Shown piece after piece: positions 19,325 through 29,942 of a stretch of DNA of 64,000 bases; the first letter of the stretch is position 1, and every line of letters begins with the position of its first letter. The DNA is from Candidatus Omnitrophota bacterium. Its GTDB lineage: Bacteria; Omnitrophota; Gorgyraeia; S143-82. The stretch spans positions 67,009-131,008 of the forward strand of contig WGBD01000007.1 of NCBI GenBank assembly GCA_015494465.1, given 5' to 3'. The notes under the pieces were generated by a model. That model worked only from the letters and a program-made list of their open reading frames with translations. It did no database searches and was not told where the DNA came from. The translations under genes were made by a program, and so were the position numbers.

Positions 19325-21174
19325 CTTCCACTTTCCTGAAGTATGCCCTTCAAGACCCTGCGAATGCCCCCTTTGTCCAACCCCACCTCTGCCAGTAGCT
19401 CTTCCCTCTTACCGTGCAGAACGAACCTGTTCTCCACACCACAGAGGTGAAATTCCCTATCCTTATTCCCTACCAGGGCCTTTAATCCCTCGCCAAAACC
19501 ACCCCGCACATACCCTTCCTCGAATACCACCACGGTATCCGCACCGTCCAAAACCCGCTCCAACCAAGCGCGATCCAGACCTATCAAGAAGACGGGATCC
19601 ACCACCCGTAGAGGCAGATTCTCCTCCTCGGCCACCTCTAATACCTGATATACCAAGGGGCCAACTGCAAATACCACCGTAGATCCCCTATCAATCAGCA
19701 CCTCACCTCGCCCTTCTAGTATCTCTCGCACCCGTCCTGGTCTGACCGCATCCTTTGGATAGCGAATAGCGATCGGTCTCCTCTCCATCCTGGCCTTTTC
19801 CAACGCCCAGCGCAGGGCAGAGCGAAGCATGCCTTCGTCCCTCGGGGCCAAGAGCTCCATCCTCGGGATGGACCTGAGATAACATATGTCTAACAGACCG
19901 TGATGCATAATCCCATCCTCTCCCACCAGACCCGCACGGTCGATGGCAAACACCACCCCCACATCCTGCAAGGCGACGTCGTTGACTACCTGATCGTAGG
20001 CCCTTTGGAGAAAGGTAGAGTATATCGCCACCACCGGCAATTTCCCTGCCCGGGACAGCCCCGCAGAGAAGGCAACCGCGTGCTCCTCCGCAATACCCAC
20101 ATCGTAGACCCGATTGGGAAACTTCTCTGCAACCGGTCTCAGACCAGTCCCGTCCAGCATCGCCGCGGTAATCGCCACCAAGGAATCGTCCTCAGAAAAG
20201 ACCTTGAGGACCTCTTCAGAGAATACCGAGGTAAAACTGCGCTGAAGGGCCCTGTCCACCTTGCCGGTATCTATGTCGAACTGCAAGACGCCGTGGAACC
20301 GCGTGGGGTCCTTTTCCGCAAACTGATACCCCTTGCCCTTTTTTGTCACCACATGCAACAACTTCGGCCCAGGCAGGAGCTTTATCCGCTCCAAGGTGGG
20401 TATCAACACCGACAGGTCGTGCCCGTCTATTGGACCAAAGTATCTGAATCCCAATTCCTCAAAAAGCCATCCCGGTACGATCAGCCCTTTAAGGGCCTCC
20501 TCCAACTTTCCCCCGAAGCGGGCCAGGTTTTTACCTATCTTGGGTATGCGGGATATAGCCGAACTGATACGATCGTGCAGTTTGTTGTAAGTGGCAGTAG
20601 ATATGATGCGGTTTACATACAGACTAAGTGCACCCTGCACCGGGGAAATCGCCATAGAGTTGGTGTTCAAGACCACGAGTATGTCGCTCTGGCCGTGCCC
20701 TGCGTGATTCAGGGCCTCGAAACACATCCCCCCGCTGAGAGATCCGTCGCCGATGACCGCCACCACCTTCCAATCATCCCCGTCCAAGTCCCGGGCCATG
20801 GCCAATCCCAAGGCCAGAGAAACCGCAGTGGAACTGTGCCCCACGGTGAAGGGATCGTGCTCAGACTCAAAGTGGGAGGGGAAACCGCTCAACCCCTTAT
20901 AGGTCCTCAAGGTATCAAAGCGATCGTTCCTGCCGGTGATTATCTTGTGGGCGTAGGCCTGATGTCCTACATCCCAGACGATCTTATCGCGGGGGGAATC
21001 AAAGACCCTGTGCAGGGCAACCGCCAATTCCACTGCCCCTAAAGAGGATGCCAGGTGCCCACCCCTGCGGGAGACGACCTCGATGATGCGCTCTCTGATC
21101 TCCTCGCAGAGCAGTTTCAGTTCCTCGAGATCCAAGGTCTTTAGATCAGAAGGGGAGTGAATCCTCTCCAACAT
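19315..21174 (-). CDS. dxs: 1-deoxy-D-xylulose-5-phosphate synthase
   Basis: The 619-aa ORF starts MLERIHSPSDLKTLDLEELKLLCEEIRERIIEVVSRRGGHLASSLGAVELAVALHRVFDSPRDKIVWDVGHQAYAHKIITGR. It has the TPP-binding GDGSLSGGMCFEALNHAG motif and a transketolase-like C-terminal domain. Confidence 0.95.
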   Translation of the reverse strand: MLERIHSPSDLKTLDLEELKLLCEEIRERIIEVVSRRGGHLASSLGAVELAVALHRVFDSPRDKIVWDVGHQAYAHKIITGRNDRFDTLRTYKGLSGFPSHFESEHDPFTVGHSSTAVSLALGLAMARDLDGDDWKVVAVIGDGSLSGGMCFEALNHAGHGQSDILVVLNTNSMAISPVQGALSLYVNRIISTATYNKLHDRISSAISRIPKIGKNLARFGGKLEEALKGLIVPGWLFEELGFRYFGPIDGHDLSVLIPTLERIKLLPGPKLLHVVTKKGKGYQFAEKDPTRFHGVLQFDIDTGKVDRALQRSFTSVFSEEVLKVFSEDDSLVAITAAMLDGTGLRPVAEKFPNRVYDVGIAEEHAVAFSAGLSRAGKLPVVAIYSTFLQRAYDQVVNDVALQDVGVVFAIDRAGLVGEDGIMHHGLLDICYLRSIPRMELLAPRDEGMLRSALRWALEKARMERRPIAIRYPKDAVRPGRVREILEGRGEVLIDRGSTVVFAVGPLVYQVLEVAEEENLPLRVVDPVFLIGLDRAWLERVLDGADTVVVFEEGYVRGGFGEGLKALVGNKDREFHLCGVENRFVLHGKREELLAEVGLDKGGIRRVLKGILQESGRWV

Positions 21175-21412
21175 CCTCGGGCATAAACTCCTTCTTCACC
21201 AGCGAACCGTCTATTTCCCTAACTATCATCTCTATCTTGCCCTGCAGTTGATTCAACAGTTCCATACACATCCGGTAGAGCCTTATCCCCTCCTCGTAGA
21301 GTTTAAGGCTCTCCTCCAACGGGATGTCCCCCTCTTCGAGGATGTTCACTATCTCCTCCAACCTGTTGAGGGCGGACTCAAAAGAGATCTTGTTGGGCTT
21401 CTCCTTCTCCAT
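21146..21412 (-). CDS. xseB: exodeoxyribonuclease VII small subunit
   Basis: The 88-aa ORF has ISFESALNRLEEIVNILEEGDIPLEESLKLYEEGIRLYRMCMELLNQ, the canonical XseB helix pair. It is immediately downstream of xseA. Confidence 0.85.
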   Translation of the reverse strand: MEKEKPNKISFESALNRLEEIVNILEEGDIPLEESLKLYEEGIRLYRMCMELLNQLQGKIEMIVREIDGSLVKKEFMPEDVGEDSLPF

Positions 21413-22685
21413 GGCCTTCTATCCCCTCGGTCTTTGCAATCACACTGCCGTCGCTCAGGCGAATCTTCAACCTATCTTTAGGGGCCAGTTGTCTAATCGA
21501 CCTTACCAAGACATCACCCTTATAGACCAAGGCATACCCTCTCGAGAGCGTACGCAAGGGGCTCAGTACTTCTAGCTTACCAGCCAGGTGCTCTATCTGT
21601 AAACGATTTTTGTCTAACAGGTTATGGACACCCTGCCCCAAGGCCTCCAATAGTCCATCCAACTGCTGGAGGTACTGTTCTAACCGATACCTTGGTTCCA
21701 AAAAGGCCCGGGAAGAACGGATCCGGTCCATCCTCCACAAGAGGTTATCCCAGCGGTGCTTCAGCGTTCGGGATAGCCTGCTCATCAGGTGGCGGATCTT
21801 GCCCAACAGTTCCTCCTTATTCGGCACCGCCAATTCCGCCCCTGCCGAAGGAGTGGGGGCACGCCTGTCCGCGACGAAGTCCGCTATAGTCACATCTATC
21901 TCGTGGCCCACCGCGCTTATTACTGGGATCACCGACTCGCTTATCGCCCGGGCAACCACCTCCTCGTTGAAGGCCCACAGGTCCTCTATACTGCCTCCAC
22001 CCCGACCAACTATCAACACATCCACCTCGTCCCGGAAGAACAGGTTCATCTCCCTTATGGCGTTGGCTATCTCCTCTGCAGAACCCTCGCCCTGTACTCT
22101 CACCGGATAGAGGAGGATGCTCACCCCTGGGAACCTGCGCTTGAGCACATTGATGATGTCCCTAATGGCGGCACCGGTGGGAGAGGTAATCACCCCTACG
22201 GTGCGGGGCAGAAACGGCAGGGGCTTCTTGAGTTCCTTGCGAAAGAGCCCCTCTTTCTCCAACTTCTCCTTCAACTGCCGAAAGGCAAGGTCGAGAGCTC
22301 CTATGCCCTTGGGCTGGATCTCCTCGACATAGAGTTGGTACTTGCCTTCCCTCTCGTACATGTCCACCCGAGCCAAGACCAGCACCTGCATACCGTGGGA
22401 TAGTTCAAACTTCAACCGCGCGCGGGCCCCGCGGAACATCACCGCGGGAACGGAGGCGTACTCGTCCTTGAGGACGAAGTACATGTGCCCGGAAGAGTGG
22501 ACCTTTACCCTCGAGACCTCCCCTTCTATCCACAGATAATCGGGAAATCCTTCCCTTATCCAGTTTCGCACCAGATTGTTTATCTCGCTGACAGTATAGA
22601 CGAGATCCCTATCCTCCGCAGAGGTCCTTTCCGCGAGGTCCTCAAAGAACTCGCCCATCAGATCGCGTGTATCGTCCTTTCCCAT
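21378..22685 (-). CDS. xseA: exodeoxyribonuclease VII large subunit
   Basis: The N-terminal OB-fold is YTVSEINNLVRNWIREGFPDYLWIEGEVSRVKVHSSGHMYFVLKD. It is followed by the catalytic core (VGVITSPTGAAIRDI, IVGRGGGSIEDLWAFNEE). Confidence 0.9.
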   Translation of the reverse strand: MGKDDTRDLMGEFFEDLAERTSAEDRDLVYTVSEINNLVRNWIREGFPDYLWIEGEVSRVKVHSSGHMYFVLKDEYASVPAVMFRGARARLKFELSHGMQVLVLARVDMYEREGKYQLYVEEIQPKGIGALDLAFRQLKEKLEKEGLFRKELKKPLPFLPRTVGVITSPTGAAIRDIINVLKRRFPGVSILLYPVRVQGEGSAEEIANAIREMNLFFRDEVDVLIVGRGGGSIEDLWAFNEEVVARAISESVIPVISAVGHEIDVTIADFVADRRAPTPSAGAELAVPNKEELLGKIRHLMSRLSRTLKHRWDNLLWRMDRIRSSRAFLEPRYRLEQYLQQLDGLLEALGQGVHNLLDKNRLQIEHLAGKLEVLSPLRTLSRGYALVYKGDVLVRSIRQLAPKDRLKIRLSDGSVIAKTEGIEGHGEGEAQQDLF

Positions 22686-23461
22686 CGGGTTATGGACCTT
22701 GCCCTGCCCGAATCCCTGTCTATCTCCAGAAACACCCCATTCACTATCACCGGAGGCGATGCCACCGGGAACCTTACCGGTATCCCCACTATGTACTTCT
22801 CCAATACATTCTCCACCTTTCTGCCTATCACCGATTCCATCGGGCCAACCATCCCTACATCGGTTACGTAGGCGGTCCCGTTGGGAAGGATCCGGGCATC
22901 CGCGGTGGGTATGTGGGTGTGGGTGCCCAATACCGCCGAGACCCTTCCGTCGAGGTAGTATCCCATCGCAACCTTCTCACTGGTGGCCTCTGCGTGGAAG
23001 TCCACTATCACCACACTGGCCTTGTCCTTTATCTCGGAAAGGATCTCGTCCGCCTTCCTAAAGGGGCAGTCCAGAGGATACATAAAGACCCGCCCAATCA
23101 GGTTCACTACCGCCACCACCAGCCCGTCAGCGGATACCCAGAGGGTGTAACCCCGTCCCGGGGCCCTGGGGGGATAGTTTGCAGGCCTGATGATAAAAGG
23201 GAATTCCTCCATCCGCCTGACGAAGTCGCGGTTCTTCCAGACATGGTCCCCGCTGGTCACCACATCCACCCCGCACCTCAGCAACTCGTGGGCAATCTTC
23301 ACCGTGATACCCGAGCCGTGGTCCAGATTCTCCCCGTTGACGATAAGCAGGTCCAATTCCAACTCCCTGCGCCAGTCCAGGGCGTAGGAGCGCAGGACAT
23401 CCAGTCCCGGCGGGCCGACCACATCCCCAAGGAAAAGCACCCTCAACGGCCTACTTTGCAT
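22658..23461 (-). CDS. ymdB: YmdB-family metallophosphoesterase (2',3'-cyclic-nucleotide phosphodiesterase)
   Basis: The motifs are [23 protein letters not shown] and GDHVWKN, with histidine motifs [10 protein letters not shown]. It is positioned downstream of rny, as in Firmicutes. Confidence 0.8.
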   Translation of the reverse strand: MQSRPLRVLFLGDVVGPPGLDVLRSYALDWRRELELDLLIVNGENLDHGSGITVKIAHELLRCGVDVVTSGDHVWKNRDFVRRMEEFPFIIRPANYPPRAPGRGYTLWVSADGLVVAVVNLIGRVFMYPLDCPFRKADEILSEIKDKASVVIVDFHAEATSEKVAMGYYLDGRVSAVLGTHTHIPTADARILPNGTAYVTDVGMVGPMESVIGRKVENVLEKYIVGIPVRFPVASPPVIVNGVFLEIDRDSGRARSITRWERTIHAI

Positions 23462-25022
23462 ACTCGACCGCCCTGGTCTCCCTTATCAATATCACCTTTA
23501 TCTGTCCCGGGTACTCCATCTCCGCCTCTATCTTCTTCTTCACATCGTGGGCCAAGAGGGGAAGCATCTCGTCGCTCACCTGACCGGGATCCACCATCAC
23601 CCGGACCTCTCTACCCGCCTGTATCGCGTAGGCCTTGCTGACGCCCTTGAAAGAGGTGGCTATCTCCTCCAGTTTCTGGAGCCTCTTTATGTAGGTCTCT
23701 ATCGTCTCCCTGCGGGCGCCGGGACGGGCAGCGCTTATGGCATCCGCTGCTGCTGCCAGGACCGCATACACGCTCTTAGGTGCCTCCTCCTCGTGGTGGG
23801 CAGCGATGGCGTTGACCACTACATCCGGCTCTCCGTACTTGCGGGCCAACTCCGCCCCTATCAGGGCGTGGGTACCCTCTACATCGTGGTCCACTGCCTT
23901 TCCTATGTCGTGGAGCAGACCTATCCGGTGGGCCAGGTTAAAGTCTAACCCCAACTCCGAGGCCATAACCCCCATTATAAAGGCAACCTCCTTGGAGTGC
24001 TGGAGGGCATTCTGACCAAAACTGGTGCGGAACTTCAACCTGCCTATCAACTTCACCAGCTCCGGGTGTATTCCGTGTATACCAGCGTCGAATACCGCCT
24101 TCTCTCCCTCCTCCATTATCGCCTCTTCTACCTCCTTCTGGGCCTTCTCCACCACCTCTTCAATCCTTGCGGGATGGATACGGCCATCGCTGATCAACCT
24201 CTGCAGGGCGATGCGGGCTATTTCCCTGCGGATGGGGTTGAAACCGGATATGGTAACCACCTCCGGGGTGTCGTCTATGATGATGTCTACGCCGGTCGCC
24301 ATCTCAAAGGCCCTGATGTTGCGCCCCTCACGACCGATTATACGCCCCTTCATCTCGTCACTGGGCAGACTCACCACGCTTATCGTAGTATCTATCGTCT
24401 CCTCCGCTGCGTATTTCTGTATCGCCAAGGCAATGACCTCCTTGGCCTTCTTTTCAGCGGTGTGCTGGATCTCCTCCTCCAAGAGGTGCAGGCGCTTGGC
24501 CTTCTCCTCCAACAATTCCTGCTCTATCTTGCTGAGCAACAGGTTCCGGGCCTCTTCTTGGGACAGACCCGATATCTTCTGCAAGAGGCCCTTTTCCTCC
24601 TCTATCAAGCCGGCCAGTTCCTCTTCCTGCCTCTTTATGGCGCTCTCCCTCTCTACCAGCTCCCGCTCTCTATCTTCTACCGCCTTCTCCTTGGCCTCCA
24701 GCAGGTCAAGGCGCCGGTCTAGGTTCTCCTCCCGTTGGATCAGCCTCTGCTCCAGGCGGTTCAGCTCCTCCCTCCGGCGCTTAGTCTCCTCTTCGAATTC
24801 GCTCTTCATCCTGAAGAGCATGTCCTTGACCTCTACCTCCGCCTCCCTGCGCCGGGACTGGGCCTCCTTTCGGGCCTGTTCCAGTATCTCTTCTGCCCTC
24901 TTACGGGACTCCTCTAACTGCCTGCGGGCAATCAGTTGATAGGATCTATACCCCAAGAAAAAGGCCACGCCCACTAGGACCAGACCACCAACCACTATCA
25001 ACGCGATGTGTTCCATAGCCAA
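23451..25022 (-). CDS. rny: ribonuclease Y
   Basis: The N-terminal TM helix is followed by a long coiled coil ([26 protein letters not shown]...), a KH domain ([24 protein letters not shown]) and an HD domain ([17 protein letters not shown]...LLHDIGK). Confidence 0.9.
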   Translation of the reverse strand: MAMEHIALIVVGGLVLVGVAFFLGYRSYQLIARRQLEESRKRAEEILEQARKEAQSRRREAEVEVKDMLFRMKSEFEEETKRRREELNRLEQRLIQREENLDRRLDLLEAKEKAVEDRERELVERESAIKRQEEELAGLIEEEKGLLQKISGLSQEEARNLLLSKIEQELLEEKAKRLHLLEEEIQHTAEKKAKEVIALAIQKYAAEETIDTTISVVSLPSDEMKGRIIGREGRNIRAFEMATGVDIIIDDTPEVVTISGFNPIRREIARIALQRLISDGRIHPARIEEVVEKAQKEVEEAIMEEGEKAVFDAGIHGIHPELVKLIGRLKFRTSFGQNALQHSKEVAFIMGVMASELGLDFNLAHRIGLLHDIGKAVDHDVEGTHALIGAELARKYGEPDVVVNAIAAHHEEEAPKSVYAVLAAAADAISAARPGARRETIETYIKRLQKLEEIATSFKGVSKAYAIQAGREVRVMVDPGQVSDEMLPLLAHDVKKKIEAEMEYPGQIKVILIRETRAVEYAK

Positions 25023-25075
25023 ACCTCCTTACGCTACAATCTCGCAAAGGAGGACGAAGGAAGGACTGAGACCTC

Positions 25076-25636
25076 TCAGGCGGATACCACCCTATCGACC
25101 CGCACATCCGCAGGGCCTACGGGGAGAGAGGGATACAGTTGGCAAGCAAAACATATACCTATCTTGGGGACACCTGCAGGCAATCGGGAGAGAAATCGGT
25201 CGTAGTGCCCCCCTCCCCGCCCTATGCGGTTCCCCGCAAGGTCAAAGGCCCGCCCGGGTACCAACACCAGGTCGATCTCCTCTGGATCCACCCATTCCTT
25301 CTCCAGAGGCTCCTTGATCCCGTATTGGCCTATCCCAAGCGGTTCCTTAAACTTACACGGCTTGATTTCACCGTTTTCCATCACCGGCACAACCACTTCC
25401 TTACCCTCTCTCACTGCGGTTTCGATGATTGGTTTGGTATCTACCTCGTCCTCCTTAGCGAGATAACTCATTATTACCCTTGCAGTTATAAACTCCTTAA
25501 GCGCGCAAACCAGCTCGCGGATCTTCTCCGCAACCTGTCGTTTATACCCCTCGTCAAGCTCAGCAACTCTGGTGCTGACCTCCTTTCTTATCTGGGCCTT
25601 GTTTACCATATCCACTCCAGACATGTTCCCACCCAT
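25076..25636 (-). CDS. 5-formyltetrahydrofolate cyclo-ligase
   Basis: The C-terminal MTHFS motifs are DLVLVPGRAFDLAGNRIGRGGGHYDRFL. The start is ambiguous among M1, M5 and M10. Confidence 0.8.
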   Translation of the reverse strand: MGGNMSGVDMVNKAQIRKEVSTRVAELDEGYKRQVAEKIRELVCALKEFITARVIMSYLAKEDEVDTKPIIETAVREGKEVVVPVMENGEIKPCKFKEPLGIGQYGIKEPLEKEWVDPEEIDLVLVPGRAFDLAGNRIGRGGGHYDRFLSRLPAGVPKIGICFACQLYPSLPVGPADVRVDRVVSA

Positions 25637-25653
25637 GCAAAAAACTACTGAAT

Positions 25654-27456
25654 TTATTTTATCACCTCTCCCGATTGCAGTCTATACAGACTCTTATACA
25701 GCCCGTCCTTCTCTATGAGCTCCTCGTGTGTGCCCATCTCCACCACCTCACCTTCGTGTAAAACGACTATGAGATCCGCAGAGCGGATGGTGGAGAGCCT
25801 GTGGGCTATTACCAAGACCGTTCTGCCCTGCATCGCAGAGGATAGGGCAGACTGGACCTCCTTCTCCGACTTGGCATCCAGGTGCGATGTGGCCTCGTCC
25901 AATATAAGTATGGGGGGATCCCGCAATACCGCCCGGGCAATAGCTATCCTTTGTTTCTGTCCTCCGGAAAGCTGACTTCCCAGATCGCCTATCCGGGTAT
26001 CGTAACCCTTTGGTAGAGAATGTATAAACTCGGATATGTGGGCTGTTCGCACCGCCTCTTCCACCTGTTGCCTATCTACATCTCTCAATCCGTAGGTTAT
26101 GTTGTTCCACAGAGTATCGTTGAACAGTATCAACTCCTGCGGAACCAGACCCACATGCCTGCGCAGGTCCTTAAGGTCCACCTCCCGTATGTCCACTCCG
26201 TCTATAAGGATCCGCCCCTTTACCGGGTCGTAAAGCCTCAAGAGCAGACCCGCCAGGGTGCTCTTGCCACTGCCCGATGCTCCCACGAGGGCCACTACCT
26301 TACCTTTAGGTATCTCAAAAGAGACCCCCTTGAGGACCCATCCCCGGTCGTCGTAGCGGAACCAGACATCCTCAAACCTTATCTTATCCTCAAAGCGAAA
26401 CCTTTTGGGCTCTGCCACCTCCACAACCGAGGGCCGGGCGTCCAGTACCTCGCCTATCCGCTCCATGGCACCTATCGCCTGCTGGAAGAAGACATGGATG
26501 TTGCTCAACCGCTTCAGCGGGCGCACCATGGAGAGCAAAGAGGCCAAGAACAGGGCAAACACCCCAAAGGAAAGCCTCCCCGAGAGGACCAGGTTGCCCC
26601 CGTACCACAGGATCGCCACCGCCACCACCGCAGAGAGGACCTCCATCAAAGGCGAAAGCAGGATCTCCCGCCCTATCCGCTTCATCGTCAGACGATAGTA
26701 GTCCTGATTCTTCTCCCGGAACCTCTCCACCTCTACATCCTCGCTGGCAAAGGCCTTCACCACCTTCGCCCCGGAGAGGGTCTCTATCAAAAGGACATTG
26801 ATGTCCGCTATCCTCTCCTGACTGCGACGGGTGAGCTTCTTCACCCTCCTGCCGATGTACATCGCAGGCACGACCACCAAGGGTATCACGATGAACATCC
26901 ACAGCGCGAGTCTCCAGTCTATGGCAAAGACGATGGCGGAGAAGACCAGCACCTGCCCGCCCTGATAGACCAACTCGGTGATACCGTAAGAGATGGAGTG
27001 CTGTATAACCACCACATCGTTGGTCAGGCGGGATACCAGATCCCCGGTCCTGTGGCGGGAGAAGAAGTCCATGGAAAGCATCTGCAACCTCTGGTAGAGC
27101 TTAAACCTGAGGTCCCGTATTATCCTCTGGGCGATGTCGGACATCAAGTACTTGTAGGCAAACTCCACCACCGCCTTGGCCAGGTATATCCCCAATATAG
27201 CCATCCCTATGTAAAACAGCAGGTCCCGGGGATCCAACGAGTTCAGTCTATCCACCCAGACCGCCAGCCAACGGGGAAGGGGATAAGGGAAACGGATGGG
27301 CTTACCCGCTAAGACCCTGTCCGATACCGGCACCAGCATGGAGAGGGATGCCCCGTCGAATATCGCACTCAGCACCATGAGCAGTCCCGCGAATAAAAAC
27401 AGGTACCAATAAGGCACTACGAGTCCCAACAACCTGCGGAATGCACTCGATTTCAT
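25654..27456 (-). CDS. ABC transporter fused permease/ATPase (MsbA/lipid-exporter type)
   Basis: Six N-terminal TM helices are followed by an NBD with Walker A GASGSGKST, the signature LSGGQKQRIAIARA and Walker B ILILDEATS. Confidence 0.85.
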   Translation of the reverse strand: MKSSAFRRLLGLVVPYWYLFLFAGLLMVLSAIFDGASLSMLVPVSDRVLAGKPIRFPYPLPRWLAVWVDRLNSLDPRDLLFYIGMAILGIYLAKAVVEFAYKYLMSDIAQRIIRDLRFKLYQRLQMLSMDFFSRHRTGDLVSRLTNDVVVIQHSISYGITELVYQGGQVLVFSAIVFAIDWRLALWMFIVIPLVVVPAMYIGRRVKKLTRRSQERIADINVLLIETLSGAKVVKAFASEDVEVERFREKNQDYYRLTMKRIGREILLSPLMEVLSAVVAVAILWYGGNLVLSGRLSFGVFALFLASLLSMVRPLKRLSNIHVFFQQAIGAMERIGEVLDARPSVVEVAEPKRFRFEDKIRFEDVWFRYDDRGWVLKGVSFEIPKGKVVALVGASGSGKSTLAGLLLRLYDPVKGRILIDGVDIREVDLKDLRRHVGLVPQELILFNDTLWNNITYGLRDVDRQQVEEAVRTAHISEFIHSLPKGYDTRIGDLGSQLSGGQKQRIAIARAVLRDPPILILDEATSHLDAKSEKEVQSALSSAMQGRTVLVIAHRLSTIRSADLIVVLHEGEVVEMGTHEELIEKDGLYKSLYRLQSGEVIK

Positions 27457-28115
27457 CTCTTCCCCAGCAACTTGAGTATCAATTGGGCATCCTGCCAGAC
27501 CAAGACCTTATCCTTGGGATTCCTGAGAAGATAGGCAGGGTGAAAGGTGGGCACCACCTTCATACCCCGCCACTCAAAGACCTGTCCTCTCACCGACTTT
27601 ATCCCTACATTGCGCCCCAGCAGGAGCGAGGTGGAAAACTTTCCCAGGGTGCATATCACCTTGGGTCCTATTATCTCCAACTGCTTCAAGATAAAGTGCC
27701 TGCAGGCGAATATCTCCGACGGCAAGGGGTTACGATTGTTGGGAGGCCGGCACTTAAGGACATTGGCTATGTAGACATCCGAACGGTCAAATCCCATCTT
27801 GTTTATCAGCCTAGTCAGGACCTCCCCCGCCCGCCCCACGAAGGGCCTGCCTTGGAGGTCCTCATCCCTTCCCGGGGCTTCACCAACGAATACCAGTTCC
27901 GCATAGGGATTCCCCTCCCCAAAGACCAGATTGGTCCTGGTCTTGTAGAGGTCACAGGCCTTACACTCCAGGGCAGAGCGGTACAATGCAGACAGGCTCG
28001 CCTCTTTGTCGCCTTTCTCCTCACCTTCGCCTTGCGAGGGCAAAAAGTAGTCCTCTATGCCCCAAAAGGCCTCTATCTCTTTCATCATATCCGGGAGATC
28101 CCTCTTCTCAAGCAT
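27453..28115 (-). CDS. uracil-DNA glycosylase, family 4
   Basis: The motifs are CKACDLYKTRTNLVFGEGNPYAELVFVGEAPGRDEDLQGRPFVGRAG and HPAYLLRNP, including the 4Fe-4S cysteines. Confidence 0.85.
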   Translation of the reverse strand: MLEKRDLPDMMKEIEAFWGIEDYFLPSQGEGEEKGDKEASLSALYRSALECKACDLYKTRTNLVFGEGNPYAELVFVGEAPGRDEDLQGRPFVGRAGEVLTRLINKMGFDRSDVYIANVLKCRPPNNRNPLPSEIFACRHFILKQLEIIGPKVICTLGKFSTSLLLGRNVGIKSVRGQVFEWRGMKVVPTFHPAYLLRNPKDKVLVWQDAQLILKLLGKR

Positions 28116-28818
28116 CCCTTAACAAGACCTCCAAAAGGGCAAGATCCTGAGGATAGGTTACCTTCACATTGGACCTATTCCCCTCGCAGACGAGGATACT
28201 TTCCCGTGGAAAAAACCTCTCCACGAATCCCGCACAATCGCTGAAGCCCACGCCTTCCTCCATCCCCTTGGAATAGGCCTCCCATATAAGACCGAACCTG
28301 TAGCCCTGGGGCGTCTGTATCTCCCTAAGCGTTTCCCTTTTTAGGGTCCTGCAGACGCGGACACCTTCCCGCCTCACCTCTACCTCTTTAACCGTGGAGG
28401 TGATCTCGATCCCCGGGACCACCGCGTGCCAGCCCGCTTTCAAGGAATCCAACACCCGATCCACCAACGCCCTCCCCACCGCAGGTCGAGCGCCGTCGTG
28501 TATCAACACCAGATCTTCGTCCTTGAGTCTGCTTCTCAAGGTCTTCAGACCGCTAAATACCGAAAACCACCTCTCAGGTCCCGGCTCGGCAAAGAAGACG
28601 GTCTTGTCTGGGGAGGAGATCACATCGCGATAGGCCCTTTCCACCTCTGGCCCAATCCACGCCTCCCCTCCTACGATCGCAATCACAGAGACCTCAGGAT
28701 GACACAAAAAGGCCTCCAGGCTCCAGCGCCACAGCTCCTTGCCCAGCAAAGACGCCCGCAGTTTATCCCCTCCGAACCTGCGGGCCTTACCACCCATCAA
28801 TAGGACGACCCCAACCAT
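28108..28818 (-). CDS. ispD: 2-C-methyl-D-erythritol 4-phosphate cytidylyltransferase
   Basis: The motifs are VLLMGGKARRFGGDK, VLIHDGARP and the IspD fold. It lies next to yacL, as in Bacillus. Confidence 0.8.
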   Translation of the reverse strand: MVGVVLLMGGKARRFGGDKLRASLLGKELWRWSLEAFLCHPEVSVIAIVGGEAWIGPEVERAYRDVISSPDKTVFFAEPGPERWFSVFSGLKTLRSRLKDEDLVLIHDGARPAVGRALVDRVLDSLKAGWHAVVPGIEITSTVKEVEVRREGVRVCRTLKRETLREIQTPQGYRFGLIWEAYSKGMEEGVGFSDCAGFVERFFPRESILVCEGNRSNVKVTYPQDLALLEVLLRDA

Positions 28819-28821
28819 ACC

Positions 28822-29841
28822 TCAGGCAGACTCCGATCTGCGCTCCCTTCCTGCCCCGTTTCTGGCCCGTTTCCGGGCAAATATGATGCGACCTGAAGGG
28901 GTCTGAATGGTGTTGTACACCTCCACTGTAGCCACCCTGCCGATCAAGTTCCGGGCGTTCTCCACCACCACCATAGTTCCCTCGTTGGTGTACCCCACCG
29001 CCTGATTAGGCTCCTTACCCTCCCTGACCAGCCTTATCTGGAGGACCTGCCCTGGGGAGACCTTCGGCTGTAGGGCAGATACCAGATCGTTTAGGTTCAG
29101 GACCTCAATCCCTTCTAACTGGGCTACTTTGCTCAGGTTGTAGTCCAAGGTGATTATCTTTGCTCCCAACAGCTTCGCCAAGCGCACCAACTTGGCGTCC
29201 ACATCCTCTCCCTCTGCAGGCTCCTCCTCGTAGATGTCCACCTGGGCGGATGGCCCCCGGGTGTAGGCACCCAAGAGGTCCAGCGCCTCCCTGCCCTTGC
29301 TCCGCTTGACGGGATCACTGGAGTCCGCTACGAACTGGAGCTCCCGCACCACGAACCGAGGTACGATCAGGCGCCCGCTCAGAAAACCCGTCTTCATCAC
29401 CTCAAATATCCTACCGTCCAAGATCGCACTGGTGTCTAACAAAAGGGGCATCTCGTCCCTGTCGCTCCGGGTAAAACGGATGTAGGGTAGGACGATAGCG
29501 AACTCGTCTCGCTTCTTCAAAGAGAAGGTAAGCCCGATGTAGATGAATACGAAGGTGAGCACCGGTGTTACCAACTTCACCACATAGGTATCCACCCCTA
29601 TCGCAAGCATCACATCGTGGACTATCTTGGCGGTCAATAAACCTAAAACCGCACCGAATATGGCAGAGGTAAGACCCCGCAGGGACACATTCTTCATCGC
29701 CATCTCTATCCCCGCCAGGACCACACCTAGTACCAATCCCACCAACCTCCCTAGGGCAGGATTCCCTAACTCCGTGCCGATAGAATTACCCAGTGCCACC
29801 ATCAAGGCGATAAAACCGATCCGCAATACCCAAAAGACCAT
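28822..29841 (-). CDS. yacL: YacL-like membrane protein with PIN and TRAM domains
   Basis: Four N-terminal TM helices are followed by a PIN domain (LLDTSAILDGRIFEV...) and a C-terminal TRAM-like beta domain (GQVLQIRLVREGKEPNQAVGYTNEGTMVVVENA). Confidence 0.7.
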   Translation of the reverse strand: MVFWVLRIGFIALMVALGNSIGTELGNPALGRLVGLVLGVVLAGIEMAMKNVSLRGLTSAIFGAVLGLLTAKIVHDVMLAIGVDTYVVKLVTPVLTFVFIYIGLTFSLKKRDEFAIVLPYIRFTRSDRDEMPLLLDTSAILDGRIFEVMKTGFLSGRLIVPRFVVRELQFVADSSDPVKRSKGREALDLLGAYTRGPSAQVDIYEEEPAEGEDVDAKLVRLAKLLGAKIITLDYNLSKVAQLEGIEVLNLNDLVSALQPKVSPGQVLQIRLVREGKEPNQAVGYTNEGTMVVVENARNLIGRVATVEVYNTIQTPSGRIIFARKRARNGAGRERRSESA

Positions 29842-29942
29842 GTCAGACCTCCTAACAATGAAACCGACCTATACCTCCAATAAAAATCCAGATCCGCTCT
29901 AATGTATCACAAAAACCGGGGCCAAAACAGTCCATTACCACC

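Noticed and set aside
19900-27312. Long plus-strand ORFs (for example 19900-21042 at 380 aa, 22667-23641 at 324 aa, 24025-24939 at 304 aa, 26020-27312 at 430 aa) that could be taken for genes.
   Set aside because: Each lies antisense to a strongly conserved minus-strand gene (dxs, ymdB, rny, the ABC exporter). Their translations are Arg/Pro/His/Leu-rich low-complexity sequence typical of shadow frames, with no family motifs.
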